Of a stretch of 64,000 nt of DNA, positions 30,551-45,500 are shown one piece after another. Within the stretch, counting starts at the first letter, position 1; each line of letters begins with the position of its first letter. The notes below the pieces were generated by a model. It saw only the letters and a program-made list of their open reading frames with translations, was not told the DNA's origin and made no database searches. Source of the DNA: the human T2T-CHM13v2.0 reference genome, Homo sapiens; the NCBI RefSeq assembly GCF_009914755.1, contig NC_060925.1; one strand, 5' to 3'. Made by a program: the position numbers and the translations under genes.

Positions 30551-33500
30551 TGGATGGAGTCATCATCGAATGGATTCGAATGGAATCATCGAATAAAATT
30601 GATTGAAATCATCATCGAATGGAATCGAATGGTATCATTGAATGGAATCGAATGGAATCATCATCAGATGGAAATGAATGGAATCGTCATAGAATGGAAT
30701 CGAATGGATTCATTGAATGGAATCAGATGGAATCATCGAATGGACTGGAATGGAATCATTGAATGGACTCGAAAGGGATCATGATTTAATGGAATTGAAT
30801 GGAATCATCGAATGGTCTCGATTGGAATCATTATCAAATGGAATCGAATGGAATCACCGAATAGAATCGAATGGAACAATCATCGAATGGACTCAAATGG
30901 AATTATCCTCAAATGGAATGGAATGGAATTATCGAATGCAATCGAATGGAATTATCGAATGCAATCGAATAGAATCATCGAATGGACTCGAATGGAACCA
31001 TCGAATGGAATGGAATGGAACAGTCAATGAACTCGAATGGAATCATCATTGAATGGAATCGAATGGAATCATCGAGTGGAATCGAATGGAATTATGATCA
31101 AATGGAATCGAATGTAATCATCATCAAATGGAATCAAAAATAACCATCATCAATTGGTATTGAATGGAATTGTCATCAAATGGAATTCAAAGGAATCATC
31201 ATCAAATGGAACCGAATGGAATCCTCATTGAATGGAAATGAAAGGGGTCATCATCTAATGGAAACCCATGGAATCATCATCAAATGGAATCGAATGGAAT
31301 CATCATCAAATGGAATCTGATGGAATCATTGAACAGAATTGAATGGAATCGTCATCGAATGAATTGAATGCAATCATCGAATGGTCTCGAATGGAATCAT
31401 CTTCTAATGGAAAGGAATGGAATCATCACTTAGAATCGAATGGAATTAACATTGAATGGACTCGAATGGAATCAACATCAAACGGAATCAAGCGGAATTA
31501 TCGAATGGAATCGAAGAGAATCATCGAATGGATTCGAATGGAATAATCTAATGGAATTGAATGGAATAATCCACGGACCCGAATGCAATCATCATCGTGT
31601 AGAATCGAATGGAATCATCGAATGGACTCGAATGGAATAATCATTGAACGGAATCGAATGGAATCATCATCGGATGGAAACGAATGGAATCATCATCGAA
31701 TGGAAATGAAAGGAGTCATCATCTAATGGAATTGCATGGAATCATCATAAAATGGAATCGAATGGAATCAACATCAAATGGAATCAAATGGAATCATTGA
31801 ACGGAATTGAATGGAATCGTCATCGAATGAATTGAATGCAATCATCGAATGGTCTCGAATGGAATCATCTTCAAATGGAATGGAATGGAATCATCGCATA
31901 GAATCGAATGGAATTATCATCGAATGGAATCGAATGGAATCAACATCAAACGGAAAAAAACGGAATTATCGAATGGAATCGAAGAGAATCATCGAATGGA
32001 CCCGAATGGAATCATCTAATGGAATGGAATGGAATAATCCATGGACTCGAATGCAATCATCATCGAATGGAATCGAATGGAATCATCGAATGGACTCGAA
32101 TGGAATAATCATTGAACGGAATCGAATGGAATCATCATCGGATGGAAATGAATGGAATCATCATCGAATGGAATCGAATAGAATTATGGAATGAAATCCA
32201 GTGTGATCATCATCGAATGGACCCGAATGGAATCATCATCCAACGGAAGCTAATGGAATCAACATCGAATGAATCAAATGGAAATACCATCGAATTGAAA
32301 CGAATGGAATTACCATGAAATTGAAATGGATGGACTCATCATCGAATGGATTCGAATGGAATCATCGAATAAAATTGATTGAAATCATCATCGAATGGAA
32401 TCGAATGGTATCATTGAATGGAATCGAATGGAATCATCATCAGATGGAAATGAATGGAATCGTCATAGAATGGAATCGAATGGATTCATTGAATGGAATC
32501 AGATGGAATCATCGAATGGACTGGAATGGAATCATTGAATGGACTCGAAAGGGATCATGATTGAATGGAATTGAATGGAATCATCGAATGGTCTCGATTG
32601 GAATCATTATCAAATGGAATCGAATGGAATCACCGAATAGAATCGAATGGAACAATCATCAAATGGACTCAAATGGAATTATCCTCAAATGGAAACGAAT
32701 GGAATTATCGAATGCAATCGAATGGAATTATCGAATGCAATCGAATAGAATCATCGAATGGACTCGAATGGAATCATCGAATGGAATGGAATGGAACAGT
32801 CAATGAACTCGAATGGAATCATCATTGAATGGAATCGAATGGAATCATCGAGTGGAATCGAATGGAATTATGATCAAATGGAATCGAATGTAATCATCAT
32901 CAAATGGAATCAAAAATAACCATCATCAATTGGTATTGAATGGAATTGTCATCAAATGGAATTCAAAGGAATCATCATCAAATGGAACCGAATGGAATCC
33001 TCATTGAATGGAAATGAAAGGGGTCATCATCTAATGGAATCGCATGGAATCATCATCAAATGGAATCGAATGGAATCATCATCAAATGGAATCTAATGGA
33101 ATCATTGAAAAGAATTGAATGGAATCGTCATCGAATGAATTCAATGCAATCATCGAATGCTCTCGAATGGAATCATCTTCTAATGGAAAGGAATGGAATC
33201 ATCGCATAGAATCGAATGGAATTATCATCGAATGGAATCGAATGGTATCAACACCAAACGGAAAAAAACGGAATTTTCGAATGGAATCGAAGAGAATCTT
33301 CGAACGGACCCGAATGGAATCATCTAATGGAATGGAATGGAATAATTCATGGACTCGAATGCAATAATCATCGAATGGAATCGAATGGAATCATCGAATG
33401 GACTCGAATGGAATAATCATTGAACGGAATCGAATGGAATCATCATCGGATGGAAACGAATGGAATCATCATCGAATGGAAATGAAAGGAGTCATCATCT

Positions 33501-36500
33501 AATGGAATTGCATGGAATCATCATAAAATGGAATCGAATGGAATCAACATCAAGTGGAATCAAATGGAATCATTGAACGGAATTGAATGGAATCGTCATC
33601 GAATGAATTGTATGCAATCATCGAATGGTCTCGAATGGAATCATCTTCAAATGGAATGGAATGGAATCATCGCATAGAATCGAATGGAATTATCATCGAA
33701 TGGAATCGAATGGTATCAACATCAAACGGAAAAAAACGGAATTATCGAATGGAATCGAAGAGAATCATCGAATGGACCCGAATGGAATCATCTAATGGAA
33801 TGGAATGGAATAATCCATGGACTCGAATGCAATCATCATCGAATGGAATCGAATGGAATCATCGAATGGACTCGAATGGAATAATCATTGAACGGAATCG
33901 AATGGAATCATCATCGGATGGAAATGAATGCAATCATCATCGAATGGAATCGAATAGAATTATGGAATGAAATCCAGTGTGATCATCATCGAATGGACCC
34001 GAATGGAATCATCATCCAACGGAAGCTAATGGAATCAATATCCAATGAATCGAATGGAAACAAAATCGAATTGAAACGAATGGAATTATCATGAAATTGA
34101 AATGGATGGACTCATCATCGGATGGATTCGAATGGAATCATCGAATAAAATTGATTGAAATCATCATCAAATGGAATCGAATGGTATCATTGAATGGAAT
34201 CGAATGGAATCATCATCAGATGGAAATGAATGGAATCGTCATAGAATGGAATCGAATGGATTCATTGAATGGAATCAGATGGAATCATCGAATGGACTGG
34301 AATGGAATCATTGAATGGACTCAAAGGGATCATTATTGAATGGAATTGAATGGAATCATCGAATGGTCTCGATTGGAATCATTATCAAATGGAATCGAAT
34401 GGAATCACCGAATAGAATCGAATGGAACAATCATCGAATGGACTCAAATGGAATTATCCTCAAATGGAATCGAATGGAATTATCGAATGCAATCGAATGG
34501 AATTATCGAATGCAATCGAATAGAATCATCGAATGGACTCGAATGGAATCATCGAATGGAATGGAATGGAACAGTCAATGAACTCGAATGGAATCATCAT
34601 TGAATGGAATCGAATGGAATCATCGAGTGGAATCGAATGGAATTATGATCAAATGGAATCGAATGTAATCATCATCAAATGGAATCAAAAATAACCATCA
34701 TCAATTGGTATTGAATGGAATTGTCATCAAATGGAATTCAAGGAATCATCATCAAATGGAACCGAATGGAATCCTCATTGAATGGAAATGAAAGGGGTCA
34801 TCATCTAATTGAATCGCATGGAATCATCATCAAAAGGAATCGAATGGAATCATCATCAAATGGAATCTGATGGAATCATTGAACAGAATTGAATGGAATC
34901 GTCATCGAATGAATTGAATGCAATCATCGAATGGTCTCGAATGGAATCATCTTCTAATGGAAAGGAATGGAATCATCGCATAGAATCGAATGGAATTATC
35001 ATCGAATGGAATCGAATGGTATCAACATCAAACGGAAAAAAACGGAATTATCGAATGGAATCGAAGAGAATCTTCGAACGGACCCGAATGGAATCATCTA
35101 ATGGAATGGAATGGAATAATCCATGGACTGGAAGGCAATCATCATCGAATGGAATCGAATGGAATCATCGAATGGACTCGAATGGAATAATCATTGAACG
35201 GAAACGAATGGAATCATCATCGGATGGAAACGAATGGAATCATCATCGAATGGAAATGAAAGGAGTCATCATCTAATGGAATTGAATGGAATCATCATAA
35301 AATGGAATCGAATGGGATCAACATCAAATGGAATCAAATGGAATCATTGAACGGATTTGAATGGAATCGTCATCGAATGAATTGAATGCAATCATCGAAT
35401 GGTCTCGAATGGAATCATCTTCAAATGGAATAGCATGGAATCATCGCATAGAATCGAATGGAATTATCATCGAATGGAATCGAATGGAATCAACATCAAA
35501 CGGATAAAAACGGAATTATCGAATGGAATCGAAGAGAATCATCGAACGGACACGAATGGAATCATCTAATGGAATGGAATGGAATAATCCATGGACTCGA
35601 ATGCAATCATCATCGAATGGAATCGAATGGAATCATCGAATGGACTCGAATGGAATAATCATTGAACGGAATCGAATGGAATCATCATCGGATGGAAATG
35701 AATGGAATCATCATCGAATGGAATGGAATAGAATTATGGAATGAAATCCAGTGTGATCATCATCGAGTGGACCCGAATGGAATCATCATCCAACGGAAGC
35801 TAATGGAATCAACATCGAATGAATCGAATGGAAACACCATCGATTTGAAACGAATGGAATTATCATGAAATTGAAATGGATGGACTCATCATCGAATGGA
35901 TTCGAATGGAATCATCGAATAAAATTGATTGAAATCATCATCAAATGGAATCGAATGGTATCATTGAATGGAATCGAATGGAATCATCATCAGATGGAAA
36001 TGAATGGAATCGTCATAGAATGGAATCGAATGGATTCATTGAATGGAATCAGATGGAATCATCGAATGGACTGGAATGGAATCATTGAATGGACTCGAAA
36101 GGGATCATGATTGAATGGAATTGAATGGAATCATCGAATGGTCTCGATTGGAATCATTATCAAATGGAATCGAATGGAATCACCGAATAGAATCGATTGG
36201 AACAATCATCGAATGGACTCAAATGGAATTATCCTCAAATGGAATCGAATGGAATTATCGAATGCAATCGAATGGAATTATCGAATGCAATCGAATAGAA
36301 TCATCGAATGGACTCGAATGAAATCATCGAATGGAATGGAATGGAACAGTCAATGAACTCGAATGGAATCATCATTGAATGGAATCGAATGGAATCATCG
36401 AGTGGAATCGAATGGAATTATGATCAAATGGAATCGAATGTAATCATCATCAAATGGAATCAAAAATAACCATCATCAATTGGTATTGAATGGAATTGTC

Positions 36501-39500
36501 ATCAAATGGAATTCAAAGGAAACATCATCATATGGAACCGAATGGAATCCTCATTGAATGGAAATGAAAGGGGTCATCATCTAATGGAATCGCATGGAAT
36601 CATCATCAAATGGAATCGAATGGAATCATCATCAAATGGAATCTGATGGAATCATTGAATGGAATCATCATCGAATGAATTGAATGCAATCATCGAATGG
36701 TCTCGAATGGAATCATCTTCTAATGGAAAGGAATGGAATCATCGCATAGAATCGAATGGAATTATCATCGAATGGAATCGAATGGTATCAACATCAAACG
36801 GAAAAAAACGGAATTATCGAATGGAATCGAAGAGAATCTTCGAACGGACCCGAATGGAATCATCTAATGGAATGGAATGGAATAATCCATGGACTGGAAG
36901 GCAATCATCATCGAATGGAATCGAATGGAATCATCGAATGGACTCGAATGGAATAATCATTGAACGGAATCGAATGGAATCATCATCGGAATGAAACGAA
37001 TGGAATCATCATCGAATGGAAATGAAAGGAGTCATCATCTAATGGAATTGCATGGAATCATCATAAAATGGAATCGAATGGAATCAACATCAAATGGAAT
37101 CAAATGGAATCATTGAACGGAATTGAATGGAATCGTCATCGAATGAATTGAATGCAATCATCGAATGGTCTCGAATGGAATCATCTTCAAATGGAATGGA
37201 ATGGAATCATCGCATAGAATCGAATGGAATTATCATCGAATGGAATCGAATGGAATCAACATCAAACGGAAAAAAAACGGAATTATCGTATGGAATCGAA
37301 GAGAATCATCGAATGGACCCGAATGGAATCATCTAATGGAATGGAATGGAATAATCCATGGACTCGAATGCAATCATCATCGAACGGAATCGAATGGAAT
37401 CATCGAATGGACTCGAATGGAATAATCATTGAACGGAATCGAATGGAATCATCATCGGATGGAAATGAATGGAATCATCATCGAATGGAATCGAATAGAA
37501 TTATGGAATGAAATCCAGTGTGATCATCATCGAATGGACCCGAATGGAATCATAATCCAACGGAAGCTAATGGAATCAACATCGAATGAATCGAATGGAA
37601 ACACCATCGAATTGAAACGAATGGAATTATCATGAAATTGAAATGGATGGACTCATCATCGAATGGATTCGAATGGAATCATCGAATAAAATTGATTGAA
37701 ATCATCATCGAATGGAATCGAATGGTATCATTGAATGGAATCGAATGGAATCATCATCAGATGGAAATGAATGGAATCGTCATAGAATGGAATCGAATGG
37801 ATTCATTGAATGGAATCAGATGGAATCATCGAATGGACTGGAATGGAATCATTGAATGGACTCGAAAGGGATCATGATTGAATGGAATTGAATGGAATCA
37901 TCGAATGGTCTCAATTGGAATCATTATCAAATGGAATCGAATGGAATCACCGCATAGAATCGAATGGAACAATCATCGAATGGACTCAAATGGAATTATC
38001 CTCAAATGGAATGGAATGTAATTATCGAATGCAATCGAATGGAATTATCGAATGCAATCGAATAGAATCATCGAATGGACTCGAATGGAATCATCGAATG
38101 GAATGGAATGGAACAGTCAATGAACTCGAATGGAATCATCATTGAATGGAATCGAATGGAATCATCGAGTGGAATCGAATGGAATTATGATCAAATGGAA
38201 TCGAATGTAATCATCATCAAATGGAATCAAAAATAACCATCATCAATTGGTATTGAATGGAATTGTCATCAAATGGAATTCAAAGGAAACATCATCAAAT
38301 GGAACCGAATGGAATCCTCATTGAATGGAAATGAAAGGGGTCATCATCTAATGGAATCGCATGGAATCATCATCAAATGGAATCGAATGGAATCATCATC
38401 AAATGGAATCTGATGGAATCATTGAATGGAATCGTCATCGAATGAATTGAATGCAATCATCGAATGGTCTCGAATGGAATCATCTTCAAATGGAATAGAA
38501 TGGAATCATCGCATAGAATCGAATGGAATTATCATCGAATGGAATCGAATGGAATCAACATCAAACGGAAAAAAAACGGAATTATCGTATGGAATCGAAG
38601 AGAATCATCGAATGGACCCGAATGGAATCATCTAATGGAATGGAATGGAATAATCCATGGACTCGAATGCAATCATCATCGAATGGAATCGAGTGGAATC
38701 ATCGAATGGACTCGAATGGAATAATCATTGAACGGAATCGAATGGAATCATCATCGGATGGAAATGAATGGAATCATCATCGAATGGAATCGAATAGAAT
38801 TATGGAATGAAATCCAGTGTGATCATCATCGAATGGACCCGAATGGAATCATCATCCAACGGAAGCTAATGGAATCAACATCGAATGAATCGAATGGAAA
38901 CACCATCGAATTGAAACGAATGGAATTATCATGAAATTGAAATGGATGGACTCATCTTCGAATGGATTCGAATGGAATCATCGAATAAAATTGATTGAAA
39001 TCATCATCAAATGGAATCGAATGGTATCATTGAATGGAATCGAATGGAATCATCATCAGATGGAAATGAATGGAATCGTCATAGAATGGAATCGAATGGA
39101 TTCATTGAATGGAATCAGATGGAATCATCGAATGGACTGGAATGGAATCATTGAATGGACTCGAAAGGGATCATGATTGAATGGAATTGAATGGAATCAT
39201 CGAATGGTCTCGATTGGAATCATTATCAAATGGAATCGAATGGAATCACCGAATAGAATCGAATGGAACTATCATCGAATGGACTCAAATGGAATTATCC
39301 TCCAATGGAATGGAATGGAATAATCCATGGACTCGAATGCAATCATCATCGAATGGAATCGAATGGAATCATCGAATGGACTCGAATGGAATAATCATTG
39401 AACGGAATCGAATGGAATCATCTTCGGATGGAAACGAATGGAATCATCATCGAATGGAAATGAAAGGAATCATCATCTAATGGAATTGCATGGAATCATC

Positions 39501-42500
39501 ATAAAATGGAATCGAAAGGAATCATCATCAGATGGAAATGAATGGAATCGTCATAGAATGGAATCGAATGGATTCATTGAATGGAATCAGATGGAATCAT
39601 AGAATGGACTGGAATGGAATCATTGAATGGACTCGAAAGGGATCATTATTGAATGGAATTGAATGGAATCATCGAATGGTCTCGATTGGAATTATTATCA
39701 AATGGAATCGAATGGAATCACCGAATAGAATCGAATGGAACAATCATCGAATGGACTCTAATGGAATTATCCTCCAATGGAATCGAATGGAATTATCGAA
39801 TGCAATCGAATGGAATTATCGAATGCAATCGAATAGAATCATCGAATGGACTCGAATGGAATCATCGAATGGAATGGAATGGAACAGTCAATGAACTCGA
39901 ATGGAATCATCATTGAATGGAATCGAATGGAATCATCGAGTGGAATCGAATGGAATTATGATCAAATGGAATCGAATGTAATCATCATCAAATGGAATCA
40001 AAAATAACCATCATCAATTGGTATTGAATGGAATTGTCATCAAATGGAATTCAAAGGAAACATCATCAAATGGAACCGAATGGAATCCTCATTGAATGGA
40101 AATGAAAGGGGTCATCATCTAATGGAATCGCATGGAATCATCATCAAATGGAATCGAATGGAATCATCATCAAGTGGAATCTGATGGAATCATTGAACAG
40201 AATTGAATGGAATCGTCATCGAATGAATTGAATGCAATCATCGAATGGTCTCGAATGGAATCATCTTCTAATGGAAAGGAATGGAATCATCGCATAGAAT
40301 CGAATGGAATTATCATCGAATGGAATCGAATGGTATCTGCAGCAAACGGAAAAAAACGGAATTTTCGAATGGAATCGAAGAGAATCTTCGAACGGACCCG
40401 AATGGAATCATCTAATGGAATGGAATGGAATAATCCATGGACTGGAAGGCAATCATCATCGAATGGAATCGAATGGAATCATCGAATGGACTCGAATGGA
40501 ATAATCATTGAACGGAATCGAATGGAATCATCTTCGGATGGAAACGAATGGAATCATCATCGAATGGAAATGAAAGGAGTCATCATCTAATGGAATTGCA
40601 TGGAATCATCATAAAATGGAATCGAATGGAATCAACATCAAATGGAATCAAATGGAATCATTGAACGGAATTGAATGGAATCGTCATCGAATGAATTGAA
40701 TACAATCATCGAATGGTCTCGAATGGAATCATCTTGAAATGGAATGCAATGGAATCATCGCATAGAATCGAATGGAATTATCATCGAATGGAATCGAATG
40801 GAATCAACATCAAACGGAAGAAAACGGAATTATCGAATGGAATCGAAGAGAATCATCGAATGGACCCGAATGGAATCATCTAATGGAATGGAATGGAATA
40901 ATCCATGGACTCGAATGTAATCATCATCGAATGGAATCGAATGGAATCATCGAATGTACTCGAATGGAGTAATCATTGAACGGAATCGAATGGAATCATC
41001 ATCGGATGGAAATGAATGCAATCATCATCGAATGGAATCGAATAGAATTATGGAATGAAATCCAGTGTGATCATCATCGAATGGACCCGAATGGATTCAT
41101 CATCCAACGGAAGCTAATGGAATCAACATCGAATGAATCGAATGGAAACACCATCGAATTGAAACGAATGGAATTATCATGAAATTGAAATGGATGGACT
41201 CATCATCGAATGGATTCGAATGGAATCATCGAATAAAATTGATTGAAATCATCATCAAATGGAATCGAATGGTATCATTGAATGGAATCGAATGGAATCA
41301 TCATCAGATGGAAATGAATGGAATCGTCATAGAATGGAATCGAATGGATTCATTGAATGGAATCAGATGGAATCATCGAATGGACTGGAATGGAATCATT
41401 GAATGGACTCGAAAGGGCTCATTATTGAATGGAATTGAATGGAATCATCGAATGGTCTCGATTGGAATCATTATCAAATGGAATCGAATGGAATCACCGA
41501 ATAGAATCGAATGGAACAATCATCGAATGGACTCAAATGGAATTATCCTCCAATGGAATCGAATGGAATTATCGAATGCAATCGAATGGAATTATCGAAT
41601 GCAATCGAATAGAATCATCGAATGGACTCGAATGGAATCATCGAATTGAATGGAATGGAACAGTCAATGAACTCGAATGGAATCATCATTGAATGGAATC
41701 GAATGGAATCATCGAGTGGAATCGAATGGAATTATGATCAAATGGAATCGAATGTAATCATCATCAAATGGAATCAAAAATAACCATCATCAATTGGTAT
41801 TGAATGGAATTGTCATCAAATGGAATTCAAAGGAATCATCATCAAATGGAACCGAATGGAATCCTCATTGAATGGAAATGAAAGGGGTCATCATCTAATG
41901 GAATCGCATGGAATCATCATCAAATGGAATCGAATGGAATCATCATCAAATGGAATCTAATGGAATCATTGAAAAGAATTGAATGGAATCGTCATCGAAT
42001 GAATTGAATGCAATCATCAAATGGTCTCGAATGGAATCATCATCTAATGGAAAGGAATGGAATCATCGCATAGAATCGAATGGAATTATCATCGAATGGA
42101 ATCGAATGGTATCAACACCAAACGAAAAAAAACGGAATTTTCGAATGGAATCGAAGAGAATCTTCGAACGGACCCGAATGGAATCATCTAATGGAATGGA
42201 ATGGAATAATCCATGGACTGGAAGGCAATCATCATCGAATGGAATCGAATGGAATCATCGAATGGACTCGAATGGAATAATCATTGAACGGAATCCAATG
42301 GAATCATCATCGGATGGAAACGAATGGAATCATCATCGAATGGAAATGAAAGGAGTCAACATCTAATGGAATTGCATGGAATCATCATAAAATGGAATCG
42401 AATGGAATCAACATCAAATGGAATCAAATGGAATCATTGAACAGAATTGAATGGAATCGTCATCGAATGAATTGAATGCAATCATCGAATGGTCTCGAAT

Positions 42501-45500
42501 GGAATCATCTTCAAATGGAAAGGAATGGAATCATCGCATAGAATCGAATGGAATTATCATCGAATGGAATCGAATGGTATCAACACCAAACGGAAAAAAA
42601 CGGAATTATCGAATGGAATCAAAGAGAATCTTCGAACGGACCCGAATGAAATCATCTAATGGAATAGAATGCAATAATCCATGGACTGGAAGGCAATCAT
42701 CATCGAATGGAATCGAATGGAATCATCGAATGGACTCGAGTGGAATAATCATTGAACGGAATCGAATGGAATCATCATCGGATGGAAACGAATGGAATCA
42801 TTATCGAATGGAAATGAAAGGAGTCATCATCTAATGGAATTGCATGGAATCATCATAAAATGGAATCGAATGGAATCAACATCAAATGGAATCAAATGGA
42901 ATCATTGAACGGAATTGAATGGAATCGTCATCGAATGAATTGAATGCAATCATCGAATGGTCTCGAATGGAATCATCTTCAAATGGAATGGAATGGAATC
43001 ATCGCATAGAATCGAATGGAATTATCATCGAATGGAATCGAATGGAATCAACATCAAACGGAAAAAAACGGAATTATCGAATGGAATCGAAGAGAATCAT
43101 CGAATGGACCCGAATGGAATCATCTAATGGAATGGAATGGAATAATCCATGGACTCGAATGCAATCATCATCGAATGGAATCGAATGGAATCATCGAATG
43201 GACTCGAATGGAATAATCATTGAACGGAATCGAATGGAATCATCATCGGATGGAAATGAATGGAATCATCATCGAATGGAATCGAATAGAATTATGGAAT
43301 GAAATCCAGTGTGATCATCATCGAATGGACCCGAATGGAATCATCATCCAACGGAAGCTAATGGAATCAACATCGAATGAATCAAATGGAAACACCATCG
43401 AATTGAAACGAATGGAATTACCATGAAATTGAAATGGATGGACTCATCATCGAATGGATTCGAATGGAATCATCGAATAAAATTGATTGAAATCATCATC
43501 GAATGGAATCGAATGGTATCATTGAATGGAATCGAATGGAATCATCATCAGATGGAAATGAATGGAATCGTCATGGAATGGAATCGAATGGATTCATTGA
43601 ATGGAATCAGATGGAATCATCGAATGGACTGGAATGGAATCATTGAATGGACTCGAAAGGGATCATTATTGAATGGAATTGAATGGAATCATCAAATGGT
43701 CTCGATTGGAATCATTATCAAATGGAATCGAATGGAATCACCGAATAGAATCGAATGGAACAATCATCGAATGGACTCAAATGGAATTATCCTCCAATGG
43801 AATCGAATGGAATTATCGAATGCAATCGAATGGAATTATCGAATGCAATCGAATAGAATCATCGAATGGACTCGAATGGAATCATCGAGTGGAATGGAAT
43901 GGAACAGTCAATGAACTCGAATGGAATCATCATTGAATGGAATCGAATGGAATCATCGAGTGGAATCGAATGGAATTATGATCAAATGGAATCGAATGTA
44001 ATCATCATCAAATGGAATCAAAAATAACCATCATCAATTAGTATTGAATGGAATTGTCATCAAATGGAATTCAAAGGAATCATCATCAAATGGAACCGAA
44101 TGGAATCCTCATTGAATGGAAATGAAAGGGGTCATCATCTAATGGAATCGCATGGAATCATCATCAAATGGAATCGAGTGGAATCATCATCAAATTGAAT
44201 CTAAAGGAATCATTGAGCAGAATTGAATGGAATCGTCATCGAATGAATTGAATGCAATCATCGAATGGTCTCGAATGGAATCATCTTCTAATGGAAAGGA
44301 ATGGAATCATCGCATAGAATCGAATGGAATTAAAATTGAATGGACTCGAATGGAATCAACACCAAACGGAAAAAAACGGAATTATCGAATGGAATCGAAG
44401 AGAATCATCGAATGGACCCGAATGGAATCATCTAATGGAATGGAATGGAATAATCCATGGACTCGAATGCAATCATCATCGAATGGAATCGAATGGAATC
44501 ATCGAATGGACTCGAATGGAATAATCATTGAACGGAATCGAATGGAATCATCATCGGATGGAAAAGAATGGAATCATCATCGAATGGAAATGAAAGGAGT
44601 CATCATCTAATGGAATTGCATGGAATCATCATAAAATGGAATCGAATGGAATCAACATCAAATGGAATCCAATGGAATCATTGAACGGAATTGAATGGAA
44701 TCGTCATCGAATCAATTGAATGCAATCATCGAATGGTCTCGAATGGAATAATCTTCAAATGGAATGGAATGGGACCATCGCATAGAATCGAATGTAATTA
44801 TCATCGAATGGAATCGAATGAAATCAACAACAAACGGAAAAAAAAGGAATTATCGAATGGAATCAAAGAGAATCATCGAATGGACCCGAATGGAATCATC
44901 TAATGGAATGGAATGGAATAATCCATGGACTCGAATGCAATCATCATCGAATGGAATCGAATGGAATCATCGAATGGACTCGAATGGAATAATCATAGAA
45001 CGGAATCGAATGGAATCATCATCGGATGGAAATGAATGGAATCACCATCGAATGGAATCGAATAGAATTATGGAATGAAATCCAGTGTGATCGTCATCGA
45101 ATGCACCCGAATGGAATCATCATCCAACGGAATCTAATGGAAACAACATCGAATGAATCGAATGGAAACACCATCGAATTGAAACGAGTGGAATTATCAT
45201 GAAATTGAAATGGATGGACTCATCATCGAATGGATTCGAATGGAATCATCGAATAAAATTGATTGAAATCATCATCAAATGGAATCGAATGGTATCATTG
45301 AATGGAATCGAATGGAATCATCATCAGATGGAAATGAATGGAATCGTCATAGAATGGAATCGAATGGATTCATTGAATGGAATCAGATGGAATCATCGAA
45401 TGGACTGGAATGGAATCATTGAATGGACTCGAGAGGGATCATTATTGAATGGAATTGAATGGAATCATGGAATGGTCTCGATTGGAATCATTATCAAATG

